Position numbers and translations under genes: made by a program
The notes under the pieces: model-generated
Seen by the model: only the letters and a program-made list of their open reading frames with translations
Databases searched by the model: none
Told to the model about the DNA's origin: nothing
Assembly: GCA_044222185.1 (NCBI GenBank)
Contig: JBGANV010000002.1
Coordinates: 512,001 to 576,000 of the forward strand
Source of the DNA: Planctomycetota bacterium
Lineage (GTDB): Bacteria > Planctomycetota > GCA-002687715 > CAIWVZ01
Length of the DNA: 64,000 nucleotides
Direction of reading: 5' to 3'
Part shown: piece by piece, positions 9,916 through 20,300 of the stretch
How positions within the stretch are numbered: position 1 is the stretch's first letter
Layout: each line of letters begins with the position of its first letter

Positions 9916-11451
9916 GTGATCGATCCCCACAAGACACCCCGGACGGGCGAGCGACGTGGCAGGCCTCGCTGGCTCGCCGCTGGCGCCATCGTCCTCGTCG
10001 TGGCGGGGCTGGCGTGGCTTGCGTTCTGGTTGCTCGCCGACCAAAGCGGGGGGCCGTCCATGCGTTCGCTCGTCCAGGATCGGACGGCGGACGACGCCGC
10101 CCGCACGACCGAATCCGTTCAGCCCGAACCGACGTCGCGCCCCGAGACCCGAAAGACTCCGGACCCGCCCGAGCCTCCAAAGCCGGCGTCTCGCCCGGCA
10201 CGCATGATCGTCAACGCGAGTCCCGCCCCCGCGGCGCGTCGCGACGCACCGACGACCGCGGAGTCAGACGAGGTCTACCCTCCGTACTCCCCGATGCAGG
10301 GGAGCGGCGGATTGATCGTCACGCTCGCCAACCCGGGAGCGCACACCCGCGTGACCGTCCTCGCCGTTCCGACGTCGAGCAACTGGGAGCACTCCGAGCG
10401 CGGCGCTGCGCCCGACTGGCTGCATGACCACGTCATCAAGAGCGTGGGGAATCCCGGCGAGACCTTCATCCCCTGGTGCCGCCACAAGCAGGTGAACCTG
10501 ACCGTTCAGGTGGATGACGGACCCGTCGTCGCGGTCACCGGTGCGGGGGTCGCTGCGCCGGGCGCTGCGCTGGGCCGCGTGGAGGTGCGGCTCCCAGAGC
10601 CGACGGGGCGCGCGCTGACGGGCACGGTCCGGCGTGCCGATGCCTCGTCGCCAGCGGGACTCGTCGTTCGCCTCACTCCAGGCGGCGCCAAGCGCTCGCA
10701 GGGCAAGAAAGCCGCGCCGCAGATCGAGCTGCCGCCTGCCTATGAACGGCGACTGCTCATCGGCGAGGACGGGGCGTTCCGATTCGACGATCTTCCCGCC
10801 GAGTTCCGCGGCATGACGCTGAACGTGCTCGAAGGATTCACCCCGGTCGCGCTGACGACCGTGCCGAGAATCGCCGAGAAGACCTTCCCAGTCCCCGAGA
10901 TCGTCGTCGAGCCGCAGGACGAGATTCGCGTTGCCGTGACGTTCCGGGGTCGGGCGGTGCCCGGCGTCGTCGCGGCGGTGGACTGCGGGAAGGACCTCGT
11001 GCGCGAGGTTCTCACCGGCCCCGATGGCACGGCTCGCGTCTCCATTCCACGGAGCACCCGCGGCGTCGGGTTGTCGCTCGTCGGGCTGCGCGAGCTTTAC
11101 TGGCGGGGGTTCGGCGGGGCCATGCTGCAGGGTCGCGGGCGACACCTCATGGGCTTCCTCCTCTCCGCGTGGGAACTCGCATTGACGAGGTCGCGATCGG
11201 TGCACGTCTCCGACCGCGCTCGCGGTCTGCAGCCGCTCGAAGTGGAGTCCGGACTCGAGAGCCTGCTCGCCGATCAGAGCGTCATCACGCCGATCCGCAA
11301 TCGGCTGACGGCGCTGGGCCTGGGCGCCAAGGCTCACGAGTTCGACTACCCCGCGGGCTTGATCGACGCCCTCGCCAAGGACGACATCGAAGTGGCGATG
11401 GAGATCTTCATCAACGCGTGGTGTGACACGGCACCCGTGAAGATGGAGTGA
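9916..11451 (+). CDS. Membrane-anchored protein with carboxypeptidase-regulatory-like beta domains
   Basis: N-terminal TM, Pro-rich linker, LTGTVRRADA...GEDGAFRFDDLP and TGPDGTARV motifs. Confidence 0.65.
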   Translation: MIDPHKTPRTGERRGRPRWLAAGAIVLVVAGLAWLAFWLLADQSGGPSMRSLVQDRTADDAARTTESVQPEPTSRPETRKTPDPPEPPKPASRPARMIVNASPAPAARRDAPTTAESDEVYPPYSPMQGSGGLIVTLANPGAHTRVTVLAVPTSSNWEHSERGAAPDWLHDHVIKSVGNPGETFIPWCRHKQVNLTVQVDDGPVVAVTGAGVAAPGAALGRVEVRLPEPTGRALTGTVRRADASSPAGLVVRLTPGGAKRSQGKKAAPQIELPPAYERRLLIGEDGAFRFDDLPAEFRGMTLNVLEGFTPVALTTVPRIAEKTFPVPEIVVEPQDEIRVAVTFRGRAVPGVVAAVDCGKDLVREVLTGPDGTARVSIPRSTRGVGLSLVGLRELYWRGFGGAMLQGRGRHLMGFLLSAWELALTRSRSVHVSDRARGLQPLEVESGLESLLADQSVITPIRNRLTALGLGAKAHEFDYPAGLIDALAKDDIEVAMEIFINAWCDTAPVKME

Positions 11452-11467
11452 GGGCGCCGGTCGTCCC

Positions 11468-12394
11468 TCAAAAGAACACGGCCCACAGGATCGCGGCGAA
11501 GAGGGCGTACTTCACCACGTAATAAATCGGCCGGTTCGCCGACTTCAGGCGCTTGCCCACGCGTCGCACCGCATAGGCGTACTTGTAGATCCGGTTGAGG
11601 AATCCGACCTTCTCGCCCGTCACGTTCTTCGTGCCCGCGTGGCGCATGACGTGCTTGCAGATGAATCGGTTCAGGCCACGCATGATCGGCGTCTTCAGCG
11701 GCCGCTCGACGTCGCAGAAGAGGATGATCCGCGAGACATCCGTGTCGTTGCGCGCCTCGTGGAGGTAGGTCTCGTCGAACATCACGTCCTGGCCGTCGCG
11801 CCAGGAGTAGGTCTCGCCGTCCACGATGATGCGGCAGGCGTCCGAGTTCGGAGTGACGATGCCGAGGTGGTAGCGGAGCGAGCCGGCGAACGGATCCCGG
11901 TGGCGGCCCAGTTTGCTCTTCGGTGCCAGGACCGTGAACATCGCCGCGTTGATGCCGGGGAGGTTCTTCACCAGCTCCACCGTGCGCGGGCACAGCGACA
12001 CGGCCGACGGAAGAGGCTCGTCGTACCACTTGAGGTAGAAGCGCTTCCAACCCGTCTTGAAGAACGAGTTGAACGCCAGGTCGTCATATTCGTCCGAGCG
12101 GCGGATCTGGCCTGAGTTGAAGAGCGCCTGCGCCTCCTCGCGGATCACCTGCCAGTTCTCGCGCAGCGTCGCGAGCTGCGGAAAGAGCTTCACGTCCAGG
12201 TACGGCGTGCTCGGGACGGCCGAGAACAGGTACGCGAGGGCGTTGTACGGCGCCGTCACCGTCGAGTGATCCGTGAGCTGCCGCAGGAACTTGTGCCGCG
12301 TCCGTCCGCGCAGGTGGATGTAGACGCCCGACGCGACGAACGCGTAGAGCGCAATCAGTCCCGGGCTGAACAATCTGGCGAGCGCTGCCGGCAT
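11468..12394 (-). CDS. lpxO: Lipid A hydroxylase LpxO-like (aspartyl/asparaginyl beta-hydroxylase)
   Basis: FNSFFKTGWKRFYLKWY, HRDPFAGSLRYHLG, FDETYLHEARN, RIILFCDVERP; TM segments at both ends. Confidence 0.88.
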   Translation of the reverse strand: MPAALARLFSPGLIALYAFVASGVYIHLRGRTRHKFLRQLTDHSTVTAPYNALAYLFSAVPSTPYLDVKLFPQLATLRENWQVIREEAQALFNSGQIRRSDEYDDLAFNSFFKTGWKRFYLKWYDEPLPSAVSLCPRTVELVKNLPGINAAMFTVLAPKSKLGRHRDPFAGSLRYHLGIVTPNSDACRIIVDGETYSWRDGQDVMFDETYLHEARNDTDVSRIILFCDVERPLKTPIMRGLNRFICKHVMRHAGTKNVTGEKVGFLNRIYKYAYAVRRVGKRLKSANRPIYYVVKYALFAAILWAVFF

Positions 12395-12479
12395 GACCCC
12401 GATCTCGCCCATCCCTGGGCTCTGAGACGCGGGCATTGTTGAACGCAGCAAGGCGTCCGGCAAGCGGCACTTTCGCCGG

Positions 12480-13094
12480 CTACCGACCGCGTACGACCTG
12501 AAGCCGCGTGGGCTCGGTCACCGAGGCCACGACCCAGATGAGGACGCCCAGGGCGAGCAAACCCGTCACGAGCTTGCGGCGTCCCGGTCGGGCGAGGGCC
12601 GCGGCCGCGACGAACGGGCCGAAGAGGATCGCCTCCCACGCAAGGAGCTCGGCGCCGGCGCGCGTGAGCATCGCGCGAGCGGACAGCGGAGCCACGGGGA
12701 TGGGCGTCCATGGCATGAAGTAGCGATCGTTCACGAACGGCGAGAAGAATGCGATCCCCATGCCGCCGTTGGTGAGAGCGTCGAGGATGCCGTGGGATGC
12801 GACAGCGACGAAGATCAGCGCGAAGGTGCTGCGGGGGTTGACCGTCCGGGCGGTGCGGCGCACGAGGCCCCAGGATGCGAGGCCCGAGACCGCGGCCGCG
12901 AAAGCCAGCCCGTGCGTCAGACCACGATGGCCGCAAACCGCGCCGTAGTCGACCCAGCGCAGGAAGAGCGCATCCGCGTCAGGCAGCATGGCGAGCGCGG
13001 CGGCCGTCCACCGGAGAGTGCCGTCGTCGCGCGCGCGGGGCCACGCGCGGGCGATCGACCATCCGACGGCGGCGTGAGCGAAGATCGTAGGCAT
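12480..13094 (-). CDS. YdjM-family metal-dependent membrane hydrolase
   Basis: AHA, MLPDAD, HRGLTHG and SHGILDALTNGG.G motifs. Confidence 0.88.
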   Translation of the reverse strand: MPTIFAHAAVGWSIARAWPRARDDGTLRWTAAALAMLPDADALFLRWVDYGAVCGHRGLTHGLAFAAAVSGLASWGLVRRTARTVNPRSTFALIFVAVASHGILDALTNGGMGIAFFSPFVNDRYFMPWTPIPVAPLSARAMLTRAGAELLAWEAILFGPFVAAAALARPGRRKLVTGLLALGVLIWVVASVTEPTRLQVVRGR

Positions 13095-13187
13095 GCGAGG
13101 TCAGCATCCTACGACGATGAAACGACCGGCGTTCTTCCCGAGGCGCCGGATCGGCCGGCGCCCGGGAGGAACGCGTCCGTGCATGCG

Positions 13188-16100
13188 TCAGGTGTCGAAC
13201 TCGAGGACGTTCGTCATGGTGATGAACGGCTCGAACAGGTTCCCCGTGTTCGGCTGGAGGAAGAAGATGCCGTCCGTGTCGATGCCCGGCGGGAGGGTGC
13301 CCGGAGGGAAGTCGAGGCGGGCCGAGCCCATGGTGTCCAGGACGCCGAAGAGTCCGGGGGTCGTGATGGTGAAGTACCAGTTGTTGATGGCGTCGAGACC
13401 GAGCCCGAAGACCGGGCCCGTGCCCTGGGCGTGGCCCAGCGAGAACGCGTAGGTCCACTTCTCGCCGGCATGGTCGACTCCCGCGTTGAGGATGATCGTC
13501 ATGCCACCCGGAACGGCCGTTTCGTGCAACCGCGCGTCGATTCCCTGCACGGTGGTCGGCGTGAAGGACACGAGGTTGACCGTGCCCATGGTGCGCGTGC
13601 CTTCAGCGCGGAAATCGTCGCCGGTGTTGTGATCGACCGACGTCGTGTTGCGGCCGATCGCTCCCGACGCGAGCGTCGAGCGGACCGCCGCTCCCGTGAA
13701 CGCCGTCCAGTGCGCCGGGGCACGTGGGGCGTTGTGCGGGATCGGGTGCGAGGCGCCCGTCGAGCGGACGAGATCCACGCAGCGACCGTAGCTGTCATAC
13801 AGTCCGCACGAGAACTCCTCGCCGATGAACGGGAGGTTGAAGCCGAGCGCGGCCACGTTCACGTAGTTGGACGTCGTCGACATCTCCGGCGGCAGCGTCG
13901 CGGAGTCACCGAGAACCACGTAGCTGTTCGACGGGATCGTCCGGATCGCCGGGAACGGCGCGACCTTCGTCTGCGCGATGCCCTGGGCCTGGCTCATGAG
14001 CAGGTACCAGCCCTGGAGATTGGTGGGGAAGAGGCTGACCAGGCTGCTCGGCCGGTAGAGCTCGATGTAATCCGGGTTGTCGTCGATCTCGTTGATGCGA
14101 ACGCTGCTCATCCCGATTGGATCCGATCCGCGCAGACCTGATCCCACGTTCTCCAGGCCGAGGCTGCGTGGACGTCCCGTCGTCCAATCGCCGCCGCTGT
14201 TCGAATCCAGTCCCCAGATGCGTTCGGCGTTCACCTCACCAGCGTTGGTGAGCTCGTTGTAGACGATGCCGCGGAACTTGCCGCCGAGGCTGCCCTCGGC
14301 GTAGGCGCCGGCTGCGCTTTCCAGGTGAACCTCGTCGATGACGATTCCGTTGTTGTTGACGAGCGCCACCGCCACGTCTCCCGTCGTCGAGCCGATGCTC
14401 GGCAAGAGCGAAAGCACCTGTGCGTTCGCGGGAGTCTCGGTGAGGGTCCCGCCCGGCTCCTTGACGACGATGATCTCACCCGGCGCGATGGCGACATTCA
14501 GCGGCGCAGACGTCTGCGTCGTCCCGTCCTTCCACACGACGGTCCAGCTGCTCAGCGACACGGTCGCCGACGTGAAGTTCGTGATCTCCACGCCGTCGGG
14601 ATTTCCCGTCGAGACCTCGGTGATCATGACCTTCTGGTGCTCCGGCGGCACCGGCGGGTGAACGACGTAGAAGGTCCCGGCGTCGACGCACGCGATGTCG
14701 CTGCCCGGGGCGCCGACGACGACGTCGATTCGGGCGTCGCCATCCGCGTCGCCATCACCTGCGACGGCCCAGCCGAGCTGCTCGTCCGCCGAGTTGGCGG
14801 CGTACTTGTAGAGGACGCTGCCGGTCTTGCCGGAGCGGATCTCGAAGGTCCCTGGCCCGACCGCGGCGAATGGGAGCGTGACCTGCGGAGCGCCGACCAG
14901 GATGTCGTTCGACCCGTCGTCGTCCACGTCACCTGCGCTGGCGACGGCGAGGCCGTATCGGTCGCCGACCGTCGTCCCGGTCCACGTGTAGCGCGTGCCG
15001 TAGCTCGACAGGAATGACGAGTGGTTGAACACGCGGACGTAGCCCGTCCCGTTGCCGACGCCGCTGAAGAAGTTGGGGATCTCGGGCGCGCCGACGACGA
15101 TGACTCCGGATGGCCCGGTGGTGCTCGTGTCCTTCGTCAGCGCGACGGAATACCCGAAGTTGTCGTAGGGTCCGTCCCCATCCTTGCTGACGATGTTCGA
15201 TCCCGTCGCGCCACTGTAGATGTACGCCCGGCCTGCGCTGAAGTCGCCGGCGGGATTGGCACGGTGCGGAGCGCCGACGATGTAGTCGGGCACGCCGTCG
15301 CCTGTGACGTCGACACCGCCGCCGACGGACCAGCCGAACGAATCGCTCGCCGTCACGCCGTTGTGCGCGCGCATGAGGCCGCCGTTCGACGACCAGACCT
15401 CCGCGCGTCCGGCCAGGTTGTTGTAGCTCGGCGCGCCGACGATGAAGTCGCGGTCGCCGTCGCCGTCGATGTCGCCGATCCCAGCGACGGACGTGCCGAA
15501 CCGCGCTCCCGCCGTCCCGTGGTTCACCGTGGCGAGGATCGCGCCCGTCGCTCCGTTGAAGATCACGAACCGGCCGGCGTCGTTGTTGTATCCCGGCGCG
15601 CCTGCGAGGACCTCCTCCTTGCCGTCACCCGTGATGTCACCGATCGAGCAGACGGAGTAGCCGAGCTCGGAGGACAACGCCCCCGTGGCCGACCAGACGA
15701 GTGCGCCGAGGTACCCCGAGTAGCAGCGGACGCTGCCGTTGTTGTTGCTCGACAGGGTGGCAGGTGAGCCGACGACGAAATCGTCCTTGCCGTCACCCGT
15801 CACGTCACCGATCCACGCCACCGACGTGCCGACGCGGTTGAACTGCGACGCGCACGGGGCCGGGAGCACGTTGAAGTTCACACTGGTCGTGGACGCTCCA
15901 CCGGCTTCGCTCGAGTTCAGGATCGTGATGGGGTAGTTGCCCGGTGTCATGAGCAGACTGCCCGGCACGATCGCGGTCGCCGTGTAGCGATCGATGACGG
16001 TCGTCTCGAGGATCGTTCCGTTGAACCGCACGCGCGTCCCGAGGATGCCGCCGCCGTCCAGCGACCCTTCGTGGTACCAGCTCCCGCCGACCGTGATCGT

Positions 16101-16949
16101 CAGCTGGCTCTGCGTGGTTGCTTCCACCGCGTTCGGCGTCACGTAGGTGATCGTCGGCGTGCTCGGCTGGCCATAGCGGTACTGAAGGCCGTTGGTGTCA
16201 CCCGACGTCATGTGCGAACGGTTGCCCATCAGGCCCTGCGACGATGCGAATGCCGGCTTGGCCTGGATCGTCGTCGCACCGTTGATGCCGAACGCCGTCG
16301 AGCTGTAGTGCATGATCGATTCGAAGTCGTAGGGCCCGACCGTCGTCGCGCCGTTCGAGATGTCGAAGTTGCCGTCACAGCTCCCGCCGTTGCAGGCCGA
16401 TTGGGAGATGTTGTTGTAGTTGATCGTGACGAAGAGGTCGCGATCGGGCCGTGACTGCTCGTGCTTGTATCCCAGGGCGTGGAACAGCTCGTGCACGATG
16501 ACGAACTTGTTGTCCCAGTGGTTCGCGCCCACGGCCAGCTCCTGCTGCCCGCCCTGCATGCCGACTTCGGAGTGGCTGACGTTCGGGTACCCCGTGTTGG
16601 GGACGACGAGGATGAAATCGCCCGAGTAGCTGGGCGTCACTTCGAGGAAGTCGATGTTGGCCGTGCACTCGATCTCGGTCCAATACTTCCGGAACAGCGC
16701 GCGGCGCGTGGCGGAAATGGATGAATCGAATGCGACGTGCACGTTCCCGTTGGGCCAGATGGCGCCGTTGTAGGTGCTGTCGCCGAAGACGGCAGAGGCC
16801 GGCAGCCACATGTCGTCCACGAGGACCATGCCGGGGCGCGGCGGGGTCGGTGGCGGTGGGGTCTCCTGCGCACGGGCCGCGAGAGACAGCGTGACGAGCG
16901 AAAGGCACGTCACTGCGACGAAACGTCCGTGAGAAGTGAATCGAGTCAT
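13188..16949 (-). CDS. Secreted astacin (M12A) metalloprotease with IPT, FG-GAP propeller, lamin-tail-like and C-terminal domains (paralog A1)
   Basis: Signal peptide; HELFHALGYKHEQSRPDRD and SIMHY Met-turn; about 7 GDVTGDGxDD..VGAP repeats; VMITEV and VRINEI..PDYIEL segments; GGAGAG SD. Confidence 0.9.
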   Translation of the reverse strand: MTRFTSHGRFVAVTCLSLVTLSLAARAQETPPPPTPPRPGMVLVDDMWLPASAVFGDSTYNGAIWPNGNVHVAFDSSISATRRALFRKYWTEIECTANIDFLEVTPSYSGDFILVVPNTGYPNVSHSEVGMQGGQQELAVGANHWDNKFVIVHELFHALGYKHEQSRPDRDLFVTINYNNISQSACNGGSCDGNFDISNGATTVGPYDFESIMHYSSTAFGINGATTIQAKPAFASSQGLMGNRSHMTSGDTNGLQYRYGQPSTPTITYVTPNAVEATTQSQLTITVGGSWYHEGSLDGGGILGTRVRFNGTILETTVIDRYTATAIVPGSLLMTPGNYPITILNSSEAGGASTTSVNFNVLPAPCASQFNRVGTSVAWIGDVTGDGKDDFVVGSPATLSSNNNGSVRCYSGYLGALVWSATGALSSELGYSVCSIGDITGDGKEEVLAGAPGYNNDAGRFVIFNGATGAILATVNHGTAGARFGTSVAGIGDIDGDGDRDFIVGAPSYNNLAGRAEVWSSNGGLMRAHNGVTASDSFGWSVGGGVDVTGDGVPDYIVGAPHRANPAGDFSAGRAYIYSGATGSNIVSKDGDGPYDNFGYSVALTKDTSTTGPSGVIVVGAPEIPNFFSGVGNGTGYVRVFNHSSFLSSYGTRYTWTGTTVGDRYGLAVASAGDVDDDGSNDILVGAPQVTLPFAAVGPGTFEIRSGKTGSVLYKYAANSADEQLGWAVAGDGDADGDARIDVVVGAPGSDIACVDAGTFYVVHPPVPPEHQKVMITEVSTGNPDGVEITNFTSATVSLSSWTVVWKDGTTQTSAPLNVAIAPGEIIVVKEPGGTLTETPANAQVLSLLPSIGSTTGDVAVALVNNNGIVIDEVHLESAAGAYAEGSLGGKFRGIVYNELTNAGEVNAERIWGLDSNSGGDWTTGRPRSLGLENVGSGLRGSDPIGMSSVRINEIDDNPDYIELYRPSSLVSLFPTNLQGWYLLMSQAQGIAQTKVAPFPAIRTIPSNSYVVLGDSATLPPEMSTTSNYVNVAALGFNLPFIGEEFSCGLYDSYGRCVDLVRSTGASHPIPHNAPRAPAHWTAFTGAAVRSTLASGAIGRNTTSVDHNTGDDFRAEGTRTMGTVNLVSFTPTTVQGIDARLHETAVPGGMTIILNAGVDHAGEKWTYAFSLGHAQGTGPVFGLGLDAINNWYFTITTPGLFGVLDTMGSARLDFPPGTLPPGIDTDGIFFLQPNTGNLFEPFITMTNVLEFDT

Positions 16950-17157
16950 GGATAACTCTCCGATTGAGCGGGCGACGAGGCGAACACGGCAATCTCGTGA
17001 TCGCGACGGGGCGGCGGTCCGAATGGACGGACGGCGATCCGGTCGTTGAGCACTGGAGGTTGCCTCGGGGACCAGGTGCCTGACGATCGCACGCGAGGGA
17101 ACACCCCGGCGGATCCGGCGCAGGCGGCCCTGCGGAGACCGCACGGCTGCCTATTGC

Positions 17158-17187
17158 TCAAGCGTCGCAGTTGAGCTGAAAGTGACA
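17158..17187 (-). promoter_or_regulatory. Putative ECF-sigma promoter TGTCAC-N13-GCGACGCTTGA
   Basis: Same flanks and spacing as 21300..21329; both copies lie 209 nt upstream of their paralog's ATG. Confidence 0.6.
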
Positions 17188-17332
17188 ACGGTCGGGCGAG
17201 TGCTTCCTCCAAACGTGTCGACATGGGTCGGAAAGCCGGAGAAACGAAACCGGGGCCGGCGTCTTCTGGCGACGACCGGCCCCAAAACCACGCGGACGGA
17301 AGGGCCGCGCGGCGGCCCGTCACGTAATCCCA

Positions 17333-20300
17333 TCAGGTGTCGAACTCGAGGATCCTGGTCTGCGTGATGAACGGCTCGAAGAGATTGCCCGTGTTGGGCT
17401 GCAGGAAGAAGATCCCGTCCGTCTGGATGCCCGGCGGCAGCGTGCCCGGCGGGAAGTCCAGCCGGGCCGAACCCATCGAATCGAGCACGCCGTACAAACC
17501 CGGCGTCGAGATCGTGAAAAGCCAGTTGTTGACGGCGTCCGCACCGAGCCCGAGCACCGGCCCCGTGCCGAGCTGGTGACCGAGCGAGAACGCATACGTC
17601 CACTTCTCGCCTGCATGGTCCGAGCCCGCGTTCAGGATGATCGTCATTCCGCCAGGGACGCCCGTCTCGTGGAGGCGCGCATCGAGGTCGACGTCGCCGC
17701 CCGTCGGAAAGGTCGCCAGGTTGGCCGATCCCATGGAGCGCGTCGGCTGGGTCCGGAAGTCCTTGCCCGTGTTCGAATCGAAGCCCGTGGGCGTGCGGCC
17801 GATGGCGCCCGACGAGATCGTGGAGCGGAAGGCTGCACCGGTGAACTCGGTCCAGGCTGACGGCGCGCGCGGCGCGTTGTGGGGAATGACGTGCGTGGCA
17901 CCCGTCGTTCGCAGGACGTCGACGCAGCGGCCATAGCTGTCGTACAGCGCGCACGAGAACTCCTCACCGACGAACGGGAGGTTGTACCCGAGCGGCACGA
18001 CGTTGACGTAGTTCGACGTGGTCGCCATCTCCGCCGGCGGCGAGGTCGTCTCGCCGAGCACGACGTAGCTGTTCGCCGCCATGGTGCGCGGCGTCGGGAA
18101 CGGATCGATGCGCGTGTGCGCGCTGTTCTGCGCGGGGCTCGTCAACAGGTACCAGCCCTGGACGTTCACCGAGGGCGAAAGGAGCAGCGTCCCCGGCCGA
18201 TGGAGCTCGACGTAGTCCGGGCTGTCGTCGACTTCGTTGATCCGAACGCTGCGGATGGCGATGGGGTCCTGACCCCTCAGACCCGATGCGACGTTCTCGA
18301 GACCGAAGCTGCGCGGCCGGCCCGTGGTCCAGTCGCCACCGCTGTTGGAGTCCAACCCCCAGATGCGCTCGGCGTTCAACTCGGACGGGTTCGTGAGCTC
18401 GGAGTAGACGATGCCACGGAACTTGCCGCCGAGGCTTCCCTCCGCGTACGTCCCCGTGGCGCCTTGGATGTGGACCTCGTCCACGACGATCTTGTTGTTG
18501 TTCACGAGCGCGACGGCAAGGTCGCCGGTGATCGTGCCGATCGCGGGAAGCAGTGCGAGCACCTGCGTGTTCGCCGGGACTTCCGGCAAGGTTCCGCTCG
18601 CTTCCTTCACGACGATGATCTCGCCCGGAGCGATCGTCACGTTCAGGGGCGACGACGTCAGCGTGGAGCCATCCTTCCAGACGACGGACCAGTTGGTGAG
18701 ACTCACGGTCGTCGTGGAGAAGTTGGTCAGCTCGACGGCGTCAGGGTTGCCCGTCGTGACCTCGGTGATCATCACCTTCTGGGGTTCGGGCGGAACGGGC
18801 GGGAACACGACGTAGTAGAGGCCGGCGTCGACGCAGCCGACGTCGCTCCCCGGTGCGCCCACGAGCACGTCGATGCGGGCGTCGCCGTCGGCATCGCCGT
18901 CACCCGCGACGGACCATCCGAGCTGCTCGTCGTTGGCGCCCGAGTTGTGGTGGTAGAGGACGGCACCCGTCTTGCCGGACCGGATCTCGAACGTTCCGGG
19001 GCCCGTCGCAGCGAACGGGAACGTCATCTGCGGAATCCCGATCAGGATGTCGTTGGATCCGTCGTCGTTGACGTCGCCGGCCGAGCCCACCGAGAGTCCG
19101 AAGCGGTCACCGACCGCGGCTCCGGTCCACGTGAACCGCGTCGCGTACGACAGAAGCAGGCTCGAGTGCCCGAAGACGCGAACGTATCCAGTGCCGTTGC
19201 CCGTGCCGCTGAAGAAGTTCGGGATCTCCGGCGCGCCGACGACGATCGCACCGGACGGGCCGCTGGACGCCGTCTCGGGAACGAGCGCGACCGAGAACCC
19301 GAAGTTGTCGTATGCGCCGTCGCCGTCCTTGTTGACGACGTTCGAACCGGTGGCTCCGCTGAAGACGTAGGCCCGACCGGCCTCGAACGCCCCGGTGCCG
19401 CTGGCGCGCTTTGGCGCCCCGACGATGTAATCCGGCACGCCGTCACCCGTGACGTCGACGCCACCGCCCACCGACCAGCCGAACGAATCACTCGCCGCGC
19501 CCCCGTTGTGGGCGCGCATCAGTCCGCCGTTCGACGACCACACCTCGGCGCGGCCCGCGGAGCTGTTGTAGGACGGCGCGCCCACGAGGAAGTCCAGGTC
19601 GCCGTCGCCATCGACGTCCCCGATTCCCGCGACGGACGTTCCGAAGCGCGCCCCCGCGGTGCCGTAGTTGATCGTGGCGAGGATCGCGCCCGTCGCACCA
19701 TTCAGCATCTGGACCCGGCCGGCGTCCGAGTTGTATCCCGGAGCTCCAACGAGGACCTCGGACTTGCCGTCGCCCGTGACGTCACCCATGGATGCGACCG
19801 CGAATCCGAGCTCGGAGTTCGTGGGCCCGTTGAGCGTCCACAGGGCGGCTCCCGTGGCGCCGGAGTAGCAGCGCACGCGGCCGCCTGCGGTCGAGACACC
19901 CGACGAGCCGACGACGTAATCGTCCTTGGCGTCACCGTTCACGTCGCCAATCCACGTCACCGACTGTCCGACGCGATCGAACTGTGACGTGCACGGCGGC
20001 GGGAGGATGATGAAGTTCACGCTCGTGGACGACGGCCCGCCCGCGTTGTTGTCGTTGAGGATGTCGACGGCCACGTTCCCGGCGTTTTGGAGCAGGTTCC
20101 CGGGAACCACCGCCGTCGCCGTGTAGCGGTCGATGACGGTCGTGTTCACTGGGACGCCGTTGAAGCGGACCCGCGTCCCCAGGATGCCGCCGCCATCGAG
20201 CGAGCCCTCGTGGTACCAGCTTCCGCCGACGGTGATCGTGAGCTGTCCCACGGTCCCGGCCTCGACCGCATTCGGAACCACGTAGGTGATCGTCGGCGTG

